DNA from: Gaiellaceae bacterium
GTDB taxonomy: Bacteria > Actinomycetota > Thermoleophilia > Gaiellales > Gaiellaceae
Direction: 5' to 3'
Length of the DNA: 55,360 nt
Assembly (NCBI GenBank): GCA_036558065.1
Contig: DATBGG010000035.1
Coordinates: 1-55,360 of the forward strand
The notes under the pieces: generated by a model
What the model saw: the letters and a program-made list of their open reading frames with translations, nothing else
Told to the model about the DNA's origin: nothing
The model's database searches: none
In this document: piece by piece, positions 35,877 through 46,360 of the stretch
How the letters are laid out: every line of letters begins with the position of its first letter
How positions within the stretch are numbered: position 1 is the first letter of the stretch
Translations under genes and position numbers: made by a program

Positions 35877-36638
35877 ATGGCTGTCGACGTCGTAACCCGA
35901 CCGAGAGCGAGACCCGCCCCGCCCGACGCGCCCCTGCCGCGCGAGTCGATCGTCGAAGCGCGCGAAGTCGTGAAGACCTACGACACGGGCAAGGTCCAGG
36001 TGCACGCGCTCCGCGGGGTCTCGTTCGGCGTGAGCCGGGGCGAGATGGTGGCGATCATGGGGCCGAGCGGCTCCGGCAAGACGACGCTGCTCAACTGCCT
36101 GTCCGGCCTCGACTCGATCAACCAGGGGAACGTCCTGATCGAGGGCGTCTCACTTGCGGAGATGTCCGACCGCGAACGAACGGACTACCGGGCGAGGCGC
36201 ATGGGCTTCGTCTTCCAGTTCTACAACCTGATGCCGGTTCTGAGCGCGGTCGAGAACGTCGAGCTGCCCCTGCTCGTCGCGGGCGTCTCGGCGAAGGTGG
36301 CGCGGAGCAAGGCGCTCGATGCGCTGGAGCTCGTGGGCCTGCGCGACTGGGCGGAGCACGTGCCCGACGAGCTCTCCGGCGGGCAGCGCCAGCGGGTGAC
36401 GATCGCCCGCGCCCTGGTCAACGACCCGGCGATCGTCTGGGCGGACGAGCCGACCGGCGACCTCGACAGCGAGAACGCCGACGAGATCGTCGCGCTCATG
36501 CGAGAGCTGAACCGAGAGCACGACCTGACCTTCCTGATCGTCACCCACGACATCGGCGTCGGCCGCAAGACCGACCGCATCGTGCGGATGGTGGACGGCC
36601 AGATCGTCAGCGAAGAGATTCTGGAGGTAGCCCGATGA
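35877..36638 (+). CDS. ABC transporter ATP-binding protein (MacB/LolD-type)
   Basis: [17 protein letters not shown] and [10 protein letters not shown] motifs. Confidence 0.9.
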   Translation: MAVDVVTRPRARPAPPDAPLPRESIVEAREVVKTYDTGKVQVHALRGVSFGVSRGEMVAIMGPSGSGKTTLLNCLSGLDSINQGNVLIEGVSLAEMSDRERTDYRARRMGFVFQFYNLMPVLSAVENVELPLLVAGVSAKVARSKALDALELVGLRDWAEHVPDELSGGQRQRVTIARALVNDPAIVWADEPTGDLDSENADEIVALMRELNREHDLTFLIVTHDIGVGRKTDRIVRMVDGQIVSEEILEVAR

Positions 36639-36955
36639 TCGCGCGCGCGACAATGGCTGAGATCGATCCCATCCGGATGAGCGTGGACCAGGCCGTCGAG
36701 GTCTTCCGCGACTCCGTCCTCCCGGCACTGCACGAGCAGGCCGGGTACGAGGGAGTGCTCGTCCTCGTCTCGCCGGACGGACAGGCGCTCGTCCTGACGT
36801 TCTGGGACAGCGAGAAGGCGGCCGACGAGGGCCTCGCAGGGAGCCGCAGCTTCTACGCCGAGCAGGTGGAGAAGTTCGTGACGCTCTACAAGGCTCCGCC
36901 CGGTCGCGAGACGTATCAGGTCGTGCTCGCCGAAGAGCCGGCCGTGCTCGTCTAG
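36635..36955 (+). CDS. Small dimeric alpha/beta-barrel (ABM-like) protein
   Basis: 106 aa, ATGA overlap, GGAGG 7 nt upstream. [27 protein letters not shown] resembles the ABM/Dabb fold. Confidence 0.55.
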   Translation: MIARATMAEIDPIRMSVDQAVEVFRDSVLPALHEQAGYEGVLVLVSPDGQALVLTFWDSEKAADEGLAGSRSFYAEQVEKFVTLYKAPPGRETYQVVLAEEPAVLV

Positions 36956-36965
36956 GAGGCCCGTC

Positions 36966-39900
36966 GTGAAAGAGCTGTTCGGCATACCGATGGACACGCT
37001 GGCGGCGGTCCTCGCGATCCTGGTCGCGGTTCTCGCCGGCTCTCTCGGAGCGCTCGCGCTTCGCCACCGCGTCCTCTTGAAGCTCGGCGTCCGCAACCTG
37101 GGCCGCCGCCGCGCCCGCTCCGCCCTGATCGTCGTCGGGCTGATGCTCGGCACGACGATCATCGCGGCCGCGCTCGCCACCGGCGACACCATGACCCACA
37201 CGATTCGCGCCACCACGACTCAGGCGCTGGGCGAGACGGACGAGATCGTGGCCGCGAAAGGCGCTGCAGACGACATCTCCGGCGAGCTGGGAGCGGCTTC
37301 CGGCACCGGGTACTTCGACCAGCGGGTGGTCGCCGACGTCGAGCGCGCCCTTGCAGGCAAGAGCCTGACCGACGGCGTGATGGGCGCGATCGTCGAAGAC
37401 GTCGCCGTTCAGGCCCCACTCCAGCGTCAGACCGAGCCGAGCGTCACGCTCTTCGCGCCCGACCCCGCCGCGATGGGCTCGTTCGCCCCGATCCGCCGCG
37501 TGGACGGAGGAACCGTCTCGCTCGACGAGCTGAGCGGCAACCAGGCCTATCTGAACAAGAAGGCGGCGGATGCGCTCCATGTCCGCACCGGCGATCCGCT
37601 GATCGTGTACGTCGGCGGCAAGCCGGTTCGGATGCGAATCCGCGACGTCGTTCGCTTCAAAGGAGCGACGACCGCCGACACCGCGATGCTGCTCCCGCTG
37701 CGCGAGGCTCAGCGCCTGTACGGCCAGGAGGGCCGGATCAAGGGCATCGCGATCTCCAACCGCGGCCGTGGCGAGGCAGGCGTCGGGCTCTCGGACGACG
37801 TTGTCTCGACCCTGAAGCCGATCGTCACTCCGCTGGGCCTCGAGACCTCGACGAGCAAGGCCGACGCGATCGACCTGGCCGACGAGCTCGGCAACGCCTT
37901 CATGTCGTTGTTCACGACGTTCGGCACCTTCTCGATCTCCGCCGGGATCCTGCTCATCTTCCTGATCTTCGTGATGCTCGCGACCGAGCGGCGCGGCGAG
38001 CTGGGCATCGCCCGCGCGGTCGGGACGCGCCGCGGGCACCTCGTCCAGATGTTCACCTTCGAGGGCGCCGCGTACGACCTCATCGCCGCAGCCGTCGGCG
38101 CGATCCTCGGCGCGGGGATCGCCTACCTGATGGTGCTCGCGATCGCGAGCGCGTTCGGCGCCGCCGACGAGGACGCCGGGATCCAGGTCCACTACGCGGT
38201 CACCTCTCGCAGCCTGTTCGTCGCCTTTTCGATCGGAGCGCTGCTGACCCTCCTCGTCGTGGCCTTCTCGGCCTGGCGTGTGAGCGTGATGACGATCGCG
38301 ACCGCGATCCGCAACCTTCCCGAGCCGAAGCTCCCGCGACGCCGGCGCAGGCTCGTCCTCGCGCTCGTCAGCATCGGCCTCGGCGCGCTCCTCACTGCGA
38401 GCGGCGCCGGCTCGGCCTCGGCCACCCCGCTCATGCTCGGCGTCTGCCTGGTCTTGATCGGTCTCGTCCCCGTCCTGCGCCTGGTCGGAGTCTCCGAGCG
38501 ACTCGCCTACACCAGCTGCGGCCTTGCGATCTCCGTCGCGATGCTCCTGCCCTGGAGCGTCTGGGAGTCGGTCTTCGGTCAGATCTCGATGAACTTCACG
38601 ACGTGGATCGTCGCCGGCCTGATGACCGTGATCGGCGCGGTCTGGGTGCTCGTCTACAACGCCGACCTCCTCCTGCGGGCGATCTCGTTCGCGCTCTCGC
38701 CCTTCGGGAGGGTGGCTCCGGTCGCGAAGATGGCCATCACCTATCCGCTGCGGGCCCGCTTCCGGACGGGCGCGACGCTGGCGATGTTCACGCTCGTCGT
38801 CTTCACCCTCGTCACCGGCACGGCGTCGTCCGGCTCGTTCGAGAAGGCCTTCGGCACGGTCGACGAGTTCGGCGGCGGCTTCCAGGTGCGCGCCGGCACG
38901 TCGGCGACCGCGCCGATCGACAACATGGAGCAGGCGCTGCAGCACGCTCGCGGCATCGATTCACGCGACTTCCTCGGAGTCGGGAGCCAGTCGGTGCTGT
39001 CGGTGAAGGCTCGGCAGCTCCGCACCGGGCGGCCGGCCGAGAGCTACGTCGCGCGCGGGCTCGACGACGACTTCCTCGTGCACACGACGTTCGGGCTCGG
39101 AGCCATGGCTCGCGGCTACGGGAGCGCTCCACAGGTCTGGCGCGCGCTCGCCGAGGAGCCCGGCCTCGCGGTCGTCGACGCGACGGTGGCGCCGCACCGC
39201 GACAACTTCAACTTCGCGGTTCTCCCGGACTTCCAGCTCAGCGGCTTCTCCGTCGAGGACGGCGTCTTCGACCCGATCCCGCTCTCGGTGCGCGACCCGC
39301 AGACGGGCCGGCAGCTCCAGCTGAAGGTGATCGGGATCCTGAAGGACTCGGCGCCGGAGGAGATGGTCGGCATCTCCAGCTCGCAGGCCACGTACCAGCA
39401 CGCCTTCCCGGGCCGCTTCGACCCGACGATCCACTACTTCGCGCTCGCGCCGGGCGTCGACCCGGAGACGACTGCGACGAAGCTGGAGTCGGCCTTCCTC
39501 GCCAACGGCATGCAGGCCGAATCGATCCAGAGCGTCGTCGACGACGCCGTCGCATCGAGCCGCACGTTCAACCGGCTGATCCAGGGATTCATGATGCTCG
39601 GCCTCGTCGTCGGCGTGGCTGCGCTGGGCGTGATCAGCGCACGGGCCGTGGTCGAGCGACGCCAGCAGATCGGCGTGCTACGCGCGATCGGGTTCCGGCA
39701 AGGGATGGTCCAGGCCGTCTTCTTGCTCGAGTCCTCGTTCATCGCCCTGACCTCGATCGTCGCGGGGACGGTGCTCGGGCTGATCCTCGCCCAGAACATC
39801 GTCCACGACTCCGCGCAGCAGCCGAGCTGGGAGAACCTGACGCTCGTCGTCCCGTGGGGGAACTTCGCCGTCATCTTCCTGCTCGTCTACGCGGTCGCGG

Positions 39901-39971
39901 TCGCGGCGACGCTGGCGCCCGCCGTGCGGGCCTCGAGGATCAGGCCGGCCGAGGCGCTGCGCTACCAGTAG
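36966..39971 (+). CDS. Large FtsX-domain ABC transporter permease (two FtsX repeats)
   Basis: 1001 aa, GTG start after AGGAGG. Two 4-TM FtsX-like blocks, each preceded by a large extracytoplasmic domain. Confidence 0.85.
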   Translation: MKELFGIPMDTLAAVLAILVAVLAGSLGALALRHRVLLKLGVRNLGRRRARSALIVVGLMLGTTIIAAALATGDTMTHTIRATTTQALGETDEIVAAKGAADDISGELGAASGTGYFDQRVVADVERALAGKSLTDGVMGAIVEDVAVQAPLQRQTEPSVTLFAPDPAAMGSFAPIRRVDGGTVSLDELSGNQAYLNKKAADALHVRTGDPLIVYVGGKPVRMRIRDVVRFKGATTADTAMLLPLREAQRLYGQEGRIKGIAISNRGRGEAGVGLSDDVVSTLKPIVTPLGLETSTSKADAIDLADELGNAFMSLFTTFGTFSISAGILLIFLIFVMLATERRGELGIARAVGTRRGHLVQMFTFEGAAYDLIAAAVGAILGAGIAYLMVLAIASAFGAADEDAGIQVHYAVTSRSLFVAFSIGALLTLLVVAFSAWRVSVMTIATAIRNLPEPKLPRRRRRLVLALVSIGLGALLTASGAGSASATPLMLGVCLVLIGLVPVLRLVGVSERLAYTSCGLAISVAMLLPWSVWESVFGQISMNFTTWIVAGLMTVIGAVWVLVYNADLLLRAISFALSPFGRVAPVAKMAITYPLRARFRTGATLAMFTLVVFTLVTGTASSGSFEKAFGTVDEFGGGFQVRAGTSATAPIDNMEQALQHARGIDSRDFLGVGSQSVLSVKARQLRTGRPAESYVARGLDDDFLVHTTFGLGAMARGYGSAPQVWRALAEEPGLAVVDATVAPHRDNFNFAVLPDFQLSGFSVEDGVFDPIPLSVRDPQTGRQLQLKVIGILKDSAPEEMVGISSSQATYQHAFPGRFDPTIHYFALAPGVDPETTATKLESAFLANGMQAESIQSVVDDAVASSRTFNRLIQGFMMLGLVVGVAALGVISARAVVERRQQIGVLRAIGFRQGMVQAVFLLESSFIALTSIVAGTVLGLILAQNIVHDSAQQPSWENLTLVVPWGNFAVIFLLVYAVAVAATLAPAVRASRIRPAEALRYQ

Positions 39972-40706
39972 CTACGGCGTTCTTCTCCGGAGAGTGGCCG
40001 CCCCCAGGGCGAGGGCGGCGCCCGTCGCGGCGAGGACGATCGTGACGTCGAAGGCCAGGCGCGCGTCGAAGATGTCCTGGCCGACTCGCTGCAGGGCGTC
40101 GTAGGCGTACGTCAACGGCAGGAAGGCGGCCGCGATCTCGAGGGCGCGCGCCATCTGATCGCGAGGGACGATCAGCCCGCAGAGCAGGATCTGCGGGAGC
40201 ACGAAGGCGGGCATGAACTGCACGGCCTGGAACTCCGTCCGCGCGAAGGCGCTCAGGAAGAGGCCGAACGCCATCCCGAGAATCGCATTCGAGACTGCGA
40301 GGAGCACGACGACCCAGCGGGGGCCGGACGAATCGAGGCCGAGCAGGCCGAACGCGACCACCGAGACGAGTGTCGCCTGGACGGCCGCGACCGCTCCGAA
40401 CGCGATGCCGTAGCCGGCGAGGAGGTCGAGCTTGGCCATCGGCATCGCCATCAGCCGCTCGAGCGTCCCGGTCGTTCGCTCGCGCAGCATCGTGATCGAC
40501 GTGATCAGGAACATCGTCACGAAGGGGAAGAGCCCGAGCAGCGGCGTCCCGATCCGGTCGAACAGAGCCGGCTCGTCGACGAACATGTACTTCAGGAGCG
40601 TGATCAGCCCGACGGGAACGAGCATCAGGAGCGCAACCGTCCGCGGGTCGCGGCGCAGCTGGGCGAAGACCCTGAGCGCCGTCGCGCCGACCGCCTTCAG
40701 GCTCAC
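39972..40706 (-). CDS. ABC-2 type transporter permease
   Basis: 244 aa, 6 TM segments. ERTTGTLERLMAMP motif. GTGA overlap with the ATPase stop. Confidence 0.8.
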   Translation of the reverse strand: MSLKAVGATALRVFAQLRRDPRTVALLMLVPVGLITLLKYMFVDEPALFDRIGTPLLGLFPFVTMFLITSITMLRERTTGTLERLMAMPMAKLDLLAGYGIAFGAVAAVQATLVSVVAFGLLGLDSSGPRWVVVLLAVSNAILGMAFGLFLSAFARTEFQAVQFMPAFVLPQILLCGLIVPRDQMARALEIAAAFLPLTYAYDALQRVGQDIFDARLAFDVTIVLAATGAALALGAATLRRRTP

Positions 40707-41425
40707 GTCCTCGCCTCCTCGATCAGGCGGAGGAAGCCGTCCTCGAGGTCGTCGGCGCCGGTGCGCTCACGAAGCTCTTGCGGCGATCCGGACGCGAGCT
40801 GTCTCCCCTCGTGGAGCAGCAGAAGCTCGTCGCAGTGGCGCGCTTCGTCCATGACATGACTGGAGACGAGAACCGTTGCGCCGCCCCCCGCAATCGTGTG
40901 GAACAGCTCCCAGAGCTCCTTCCGAAGCACGGGATCGAGCCCCACCGTCGGCTCGTCGAGCGCGAGCAGCCGAGGCTGGCCGATCAGCGCGGCGGCGAGC
41001 GAGACGCGAGCCCGCTGGCCTCCTGAGAGCCGGTCGACCGGGCGGCCCTGCTCCGCGGTCAGGTGGACTTCTTCGACCACCTCGTCCACACGCCGCCGCG
41101 GAACGCCGAGCACCCTGGCGAAGTAGAGGAGGTTCTCCTCGACCGTCAGGTCGCCGTACACCGAAGGCGCCTGCGTCATGTAGCCGATCTGAGCCCGCAG
41201 CCTCGGGCTCCCAGCGGGCAGGTCGAGCACGCTCAGCGCTCCGGACGCGATCACCTGCACCCCGACGATCGACCGCATCAACGTCGACTTGCCGCTCCCG
41301 TTCGGCCCGAGCAGCCCGGTGACGCAGCCGGCGCGAACGGTGGCCGTGAAGTCGTCGAGCGCGTTGCGCCCGCCTCGCACCACCCGCAGGCGATCGCTGA
41401 CGACTGCGTGCTCGGTGGGCATCAT
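40703..41425 (-). CDS. ABC transporter ATP-binding protein
   Basis: Start taken at MMPTEHAV (41425). [18 protein letters not shown] and [12 protein letters not shown] motifs. Confidence 0.9.
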   Translation of the reverse strand: MMPTEHAVVSDRLRVVRGGRNALDDFTATVRAGCVTGLLGPNGSGKSTLMRSIVGVQVIASGALSVLDLPAGSPRLRAQIGYMTQAPSVYGDLTVEENLLYFARVLGVPRRRVDEVVEEVHLTAEQGRPVDRLSGGQRARVSLAAALIGQPRLLALDEPTVGLDPVLRKELWELFHTIAGGGATVLVSSHVMDEARHCDELLLLHEGRQLASGSPQELRERTGADDLEDGFLRLIEEART

Positions 41426-41462
41426 GCGGTTTCTAACCCATGAGGGCCGGTATGGTCGAAAC

Positions 41463-43859
41463 ATGGGCACGGCGAGCAAGGTCGACACGGAGACCCGACC
41501 GCTGGCCGACGACGAGCTCCAGCTCCTCGACGCGTACTGGCGCGCGGCGAACTACCTCTCGGTCGGCCAGATCTACCTGCTCGAGAACCCTCTGCTCCGA
41601 GAGCCGCTCGCGCCCGAGCACATCAAGCCGCGACTGCTCGGCCACTTCGGGACGACCCCTGGACTGAACCTGGTCTACGCCCACCTGAATCGAGAGATCA
41701 AGGCCCGCGAGCTGAGCGTCCTCTACGTCACGGGCCCGGGACACGGAGGTCCCGGGCTGGTCGCGAACGCCTACCTCGAGGGCACGTACAGCGAGGTCTA
41801 CCCCGACATCGGGCTCGACGAGGACGGGCTCCGAAAGCTCTTCCGGCAGTTCTCGTTTCCGGGCGGGATCCCGAGCCACGTGGCCCCGGAGACGCCCGGC
41901 TCGATCCACGAGGGCGGCGAGCTCGGGTACGCGCTCGTTCACGCCTATGGCGCAGCGTTCGACAATCCGGAGCTCGTGGTCGCGTGCATCGTCGGCGACG
42001 GGGAGGCGGAGACGGGGCCGCTCGCCGCGAGCTGGCACTCGAACAAGTTCCTGAACCCGCGAACTGACGGCGCGGTCCTTCCGATCCTGCATCTCAACGG
42101 CTACAAGATCGCCAACCCGACCGTCCTGGCCCGGATCTCGGACGAGGAGCTCGTCGCGCTATTCGAGGGCTACGGGTACCGACCCGTGGTGGTGGAAGGC
42201 GGTTTCGACGGCGAGGAGCCGGCCGCGGTGCATCAGCGCTTCGCCGCCGCACTCGGCGACGCGCTCGACGAGATCGCACGCATCCAGAGCGACGCTCGCC
42301 GGGAGGGCGCGAAGCCCACACGTCCGCGCTGGCCGATGATCGTCCTGCGCACACCGAAGGGCTGGACCGGCCCGAAGGAGGTGGATGGGCTTCCGGTGGA
42401 GGGGACATGGCGCTCGCACCAGGTGCCGATGACCGACGTGCGGGAGAACGCCGATCACCTGCGGATTCTCGAGGACTGGATGCGGAGCTACCGCCCGGAG
42501 GAGCTCTTCGACGACGACGGCCGGCTCGTCCCAGAGCTGGCCGAACTGCCTCCGCACGGGCGGCTCCGGATGAGCGCGACCCCGCACGCGAACGGAGGGG
42601 AGCTGCTCCGCGACCTGGCTCTTCCCGACTTCCGCGACTACGCGGTCGACGTGCAAAAGCCGGGCACCACCTTCAGCGAGGCGACCCGAGCCCTCGGCGC
42701 TTTCCTCCGCGACGTCATCGAGCGCAACTCGGACAACTTCCTGCTCGTCGGGCCCGACGAGACGGCCTCGAACCGCCTCGGCGACGTGTTCGACATCACC
42801 GCCCGCAGGTGGCTCGGCGAGAACGCTGCCACGGACGAGGGCCTGGCCCCCGACGGCCGCGTGCTCGAGGTTCTCTCGGAGCATCTGTGCCAGGGCTGGC
42901 TCGAGGGCTACCTCCTGACGGGTCGCCACGGCCTCTTCAACTGCTACGAGGCGTTCATCCACATCGTCGACTCGATGTTCAACCAGCACGCGAAGTGGCT
43001 GAAGGTGACGCGCCACATCCCGTGGCGGCGCCCGATCGCCTCCCTCAACTACCTCCTCAGCTCGCACGTGTGGCGCCAGGACCACAACGGCTTCTCGCAC
43101 CAGGACCCGGGCTTCATCGATCATGTCGTGAACAAGAAGGCGGAGATCATCCGCGTCTACCTGCCGCCCGACGCGAACACGCTCCTGTCCGTCGCCGACC
43201 ATTGCCTGCGCAGCCGCGACTACGTGAACGTCGTCGTGGCGGGCAAGCAGCCCGCGCTGAACTACCTGCCGATGGAGGAAGCGATCCTCCACTGCACGCG
43301 TGGGCTCGGGATCTGGGAATGGGCCTCGAACGACGATGGCGGCGAGCCGGACGTCGTGCTCGGCTGCGCGGGCGACATCCCGACCCTCGAGACGCTCGCT
43401 GCCGCTGCGATCCTGCGTGAACGGCTCCCCGACCTGAAGATGCGGGTCGTCAACGTCGTCGACCTGATGCGCCTGCAGCCCGAGAGCGAGCACCCGCACG
43501 GCCTGCCCGACAGCGAGTTCGACGCCCTGTTCACGACCGGCCGGCCGATCGTCTTCGCCTACCACGGCTACCCATGGCTGATCCATCGCCTGACGTACCG
43601 GAGGGCCGGCCACGAGAACCTGCACGTGCGCGGCTACAAGGAGGAGGGCACGACCACGACGCCGTTCGACATGGTCATGCTCAACGACCTCGATCGCTTC
43701 CACCTCGCCATGGACGTGATCGACCGTGTCCCCGGCCTCGCGACCGAAGCGGCCGGCCTTCGACAGCAGCTCGCGGACGAGCGGCTGCGGCTCCGGGCCT
43801 GGACGCGCGAGCACGGCGAGGACCATCCGGACGTCGCCGACTGGACCTGGCCGTACTGA
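41463..43859 (+). CDS. xfp: Xylulose-5-phosphate/fructose-6-phosphate phosphoketolase
   Basis: 798 aa. [25 protein letters not shown] and EGGELGY motifs. Confidence 0.95.
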   Translation: MGTASKVDTETRPLADDELQLLDAYWRAANYLSVGQIYLLENPLLREPLAPEHIKPRLLGHFGTTPGLNLVYAHLNREIKARELSVLYVTGPGHGGPGLVANAYLEGTYSEVYPDIGLDEDGLRKLFRQFSFPGGIPSHVAPETPGSIHEGGELGYALVHAYGAAFDNPELVVACIVGDGEAETGPLAASWHSNKFLNPRTDGAVLPILHLNGYKIANPTVLARISDEELVALFEGYGYRPVVVEGGFDGEEPAAVHQRFAAALGDALDEIARIQSDARREGAKPTRPRWPMIVLRTPKGWTGPKEVDGLPVEGTWRSHQVPMTDVRENADHLRILEDWMRSYRPEELFDDDGRLVPELAELPPHGRLRMSATPHANGGELLRDLALPDFRDYAVDVQKPGTTFSEATRALGAFLRDVIERNSDNFLLVGPDETASNRLGDVFDITARRWLGENAATDEGLAPDGRVLEVLSEHLCQGWLEGYLLTGRHGLFNCYEAFIHIVDSMFNQHAKWLKVTRHIPWRRPIASLNYLLSSHVWRQDHNGFSHQDPGFIDHVVNKKAEIIRVYLPPDANTLLSVADHCLRSRDYVNVVVAGKQPALNYLPMEEAILHCTRGLGIWEWASNDDGGEPDVVLGCAGDIPTLETLAAAAILRERLPDLKMRVVNVVDLMRLQPESEHPHGLPDSEFDALFTTGRPIVFAYHGYPWLIHRLTYRRAGHENLHVRGYKEEGTTTTPFDMVMLNDLDRFHLAMDVIDRVPGLATEAAGLRQQLADERLRLRAWTREHGEDHPDVADWTWPY

Positions 43860-44752
43860 TCCTGACCGTCAACGCCGGTTCGACCAGCCTCAAGCTGCAC
43901 ATGGTCGACGGCGATACGTCTCGGCCGGTCGAATCCTTCGAGCCGGCCGACGCCGTCGGGCACCGCGTCGTCCACGGCGGCCCGAGATTCGTCGCACCCG
44001 TCCGGATCGACGACGAGGTGGAGCAGGCGATCGACGACCTCTCGGAGATCGCGCCGCTCCACAACGCCCCCGCGCTGCGCGGGATCCGCGAGGCCCGCGC
44101 AGCCTTGCCGGACGTGCCTCATGTGGCCGTGTTCGACACGGCCTTTCACGCGACGATCCCGGCCGAGGCGGCCACGTACGCGATCCCTCGAGCCTGGCGC
44201 CGGGACTGGGGGATTCGCCGCTACGGCTTCCACGGCCTGGCCGTCGAGTCGGTCGTCGCCCGGCTGAACGCGCAGCGCATCGTCGCGTGCCACCTCGGCG
44301 GCGGCTGCTCGGTGACCGCCGTGCTCGAAGGGCGCTCGGTCGACACGACGATGGGTTTCACGCCGCTCGAGGGCGTCCCGATGGCGACGCGCTCCGGGTC
44401 TGTCGATCCGGGAGCGCTGATCCACCTCCTCCGGGAGCGGGGCCTGACCGTCGACGAGCTGGATCGGGCGCTCGAGACCGAGTCCGGCCTTGCAGCACTC
44501 GGCGGGCTGGACGACTCGCTTGGCTTCGGCGTGTACACGTACCGAATCGCCGCTGCGGTCGCCCAAATGGCGGCTGCGCTCGCCGGCATCGACGTGCTCG
44601 CGTTCTCCGGCGGAGTCGGCGAAAACCGACCTGACGTGCGGGACGCGATCGCGAAGCGGTTGGCGTTCCTCGGATCGTTCGAGACCACCGCCGTGCCCGC
44701 CCGAGAAGACTTGGCGATCGCGCACGGCGTCCGCAAGCTGCTCGCAGGCTGA
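43856..44752 (+). CDS. ackA: Acetate kinase (compact, ~298 aa), probable non-canonical start
   Basis: [40 protein letters not shown] and SGGVGEN motifs. The first motif lies upstream of the first in-gene ATG. CTG 43856 overlaps the xfp TGA. Confidence 0.8.
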   Translation: MILTVNAGSTSLKLHMVDGDTSRPVESFEPADAVGHRVVHGGPRFVAPVRIDDEVEQAIDDLSEIAPLHNAPALRGIREARAALPDVPHVAVFDTAFHATIPAEAATYAIPRAWRRDWGIRRYGFHGLAVESVVARLNAQRIVACHLGGGCSVTAVLEGRSVDTTMGFTPLEGVPMATRSGSVDPGALIHLLRERGLTVDELDRALETESGLAALGGLDDSLGFGVYTYRIAAAVAQMAAALAGIDVLAFSGGVGENRPDVRDAIAKRLAFLGSFETTAVPAREDLAIAHGVRKLLAG

Positions 44753-44783
44753 GTGCGAGAGCCCGGCGCCTGGGCTCTCGCAC
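44753..44783. terminator. Hairpin between convergent ackA and the PepSY gene
   Basis: Perfect 12-bp stem gtgcgagagccc / gggctctcgcac with a 7-nt loop. No U-tract. Confidence 0.5.
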
Positions 44784-44797
44784 GTGAGCGGGTGGTG

Positions 44798-45178
44798 CTA
44801 CGGGCCGTTCTCGGTGCTGACGACCTCGAACGACTTGTTCACGTACACGGTCACGCGCGACCCGTCGCTGCGGGTCATGTGCGCCTCGTACGCGGCATGG
44901 CCGTCCGCATCGGTCTCGACCCGTTCGATCGTGCCGCCGCTCACCTCTGCAAGCGCGGCCGCTCGGACCTTCGCCGCGGTGTCACCGGTGAGAAGCGTCT
45001 CGTCTGGACGCTGGGGCGGCATGCCCGCCGCCGGCCGGTCCGGCCGGGACGACGAGCTTCCGTCGCCGCTGTTCGACCCGCTCCCGCCGGATGCGGCTCC
45101 GGCGAGCGCCGACCCTCCGAGTGCGAGGGCCGTGATCGACAGGACGATCAACAGAACGTTCTTGACTCTGTCCGTCAT
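44798..45178 (-). CDS. PepSY-domain exported protein
   Basis: 126 aa from ATG 45178 (AAAGGAG upstream). Signal/TM segment, a Gly/Ser linker, then AAKVRAAALAEVSGGTIERVETDADGHAAYEAHMTRSDGSRVTVYV. Confidence 0.7.
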   Translation of the reverse strand: MTDRVKNVLLIVLSITALALGGSALAGAASGGSGSNSGDGSSSSRPDRPAAGMPPQRPDETLLTGDTAAKVRAAALAEVSGGTIERVETDADGHAAYEAHMTRSDGSRVTVYVNKSFEVVSTENGP

Positions 45179-45288
45179 AGATCTCCTTTCTCGTGGGGGT
45201 ACGGACACCCTCAGGAGACCAGCGCGACGTGAAAGCGGGCTAAGCCCGGCCTAAGACCTTCCTCTGAATCCGATTAGGGTCATGTGAA

Positions 45289-46320
45289 GTGAGGCGCACG
45301 CTGACAGAACGCGAGCTGAACCGCGCCCTGCTCGCCCGCCAGCTCTTGCTCGAGCGGGCGAAGACGCCGCTGCCCCGTGCGCTGGAGCGGATCGGAGGGA
45401 TCCAGGCGCAGTACGCCCCCTCGATGTACGTCGGGCTCTGGACGCGGCTCCACGGCTTCGAGCGCGAGCAACTGACGCGGGCGCTCGGCCGCAAGACCGT
45501 CGTGCAGGGAACGCTGATGCGGACGACGATCCACCTCGTCTCCCGCGGCGACTACTGGCCGTTCGTCGTCGGGATCCGGCGATGTCGCCGTGAGCAGTGG
45601 GTGAAGGCGCACAAGGCGGATCGGCGGAAAATCGAGGCGGCCGCCCGCAAGGCCAGGCCGCACCTCGCGAAGGGGCCGGTCTCGCAGGCCGAGCTGGACG
45701 CCGCCTTGAAAGCGGACGCCGCGACCCGGAACGGCGTCGGGCTCTTTCTCGACCTGGTGCGCGTGCCGCCTTCGGGAACCTGGGAGCGACGCCGCGCCGA
45801 CATCTACGCGCTGGCCGAGGACTGGGTCGGCCCGGAGGACGCGACGGAAGCCGAAGGGCTCGAGCTCCTGATCCGCCGCTATCTCTCCGGCTTCGGCCCG
45901 GCGCGGCCGGACGAGATCGCGAACTGGGCCGGCGTCTCGAAGCCGGACATCGCGGGTGCGCTCGACGGAATCGAGCTCCGGCGATTCCAGGACGAGCAGG
46001 GCAAGGAGCTGATCGACCTGCCGCGGCTGCCGCTGCCCGATGCGGACACGCCCGCCCCGGTGCGGTTCCTGCCGGTCTGGGACGCGACGCTCCTCGCCCA
46101 TGCGCGCCGCACGCAGATCCTTCCCGAGAAGTACCGCGCGCGAGTCTTCAACGTCAGGACACCCCAATCCGTGAACGCATTCCTCGTCGACGGCCAGGTC
46201 GCGGGAACGTGGAGGCACGACAAGGGCAAGGTGAAGATCGAGCCGTTCGGTCGGCTGCCGAAGGGCACGCGCGCGGAGCTGGACGAGGAAGCCGCGCGGC
46301 TGGCCGAGTTCCACTCGTAG
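45289..46320 (+). CDS. Winged-helix YcaQ/AlkZ-family (HTH_42) DNA glycosylase-like protein
   Basis: 343 aa. N-terminal LLARQLL...IGGIQAQYAPS with a Q-A-Q motif at residues 39-41. C-terminal FLVDGQVAGTWR. Confidence 0.75.
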   Translation: MRRTLTERELNRALLARQLLLERAKTPLPRALERIGGIQAQYAPSMYVGLWTRLHGFEREQLTRALGRKTVVQGTLMRTTIHLVSRGDYWPFVVGIRRCRREQWVKAHKADRRKIEAAARKARPHLAKGPVSQAELDAALKADAATRNGVGLFLDLVRVPPSGTWERRRADIYALAEDWVGPEDATEAEGLELLIRRYLSGFGPARPDEIANWAGVSKPDIAGALDGIELRRFQDEQGKELIDLPRLPLPDADTPAPVRFLPVWDATLLAHARRTQILPEKYRARVFNVRTPQSVNAFLVDGQVAGTWRHDKGKVKIEPFGRLPKGTRAELDEEAARLAEFHS

Positions 46321-46360
46321 TGGTGTCAAGTCGCGCCTCTGCCAGGCCGACGCACTGAGG

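Noticed and set aside
36150-38945. A 931-aa ORF on the minus strand, the longest antisense ORF in the track.
   Set aside because: It lies entirely opposite the well-supported FtsX permease gene. Its translation is low-complexity and rich in Arg, Gly, Asp, Glu and Pro, with no motifs. Long stop-free antisense frames are expected at this G+C level.
43574-43855. ATG 43574 as the acetate kinase start, giving the 392-aa ORF in the track.
   Set aside because: It would add 94 Arg/Pro/Gly-rich residues encoded entirely inside xfp in another frame, with no similarity to AckA N-termini. The conserved motif begins exactly at the xfp stop.
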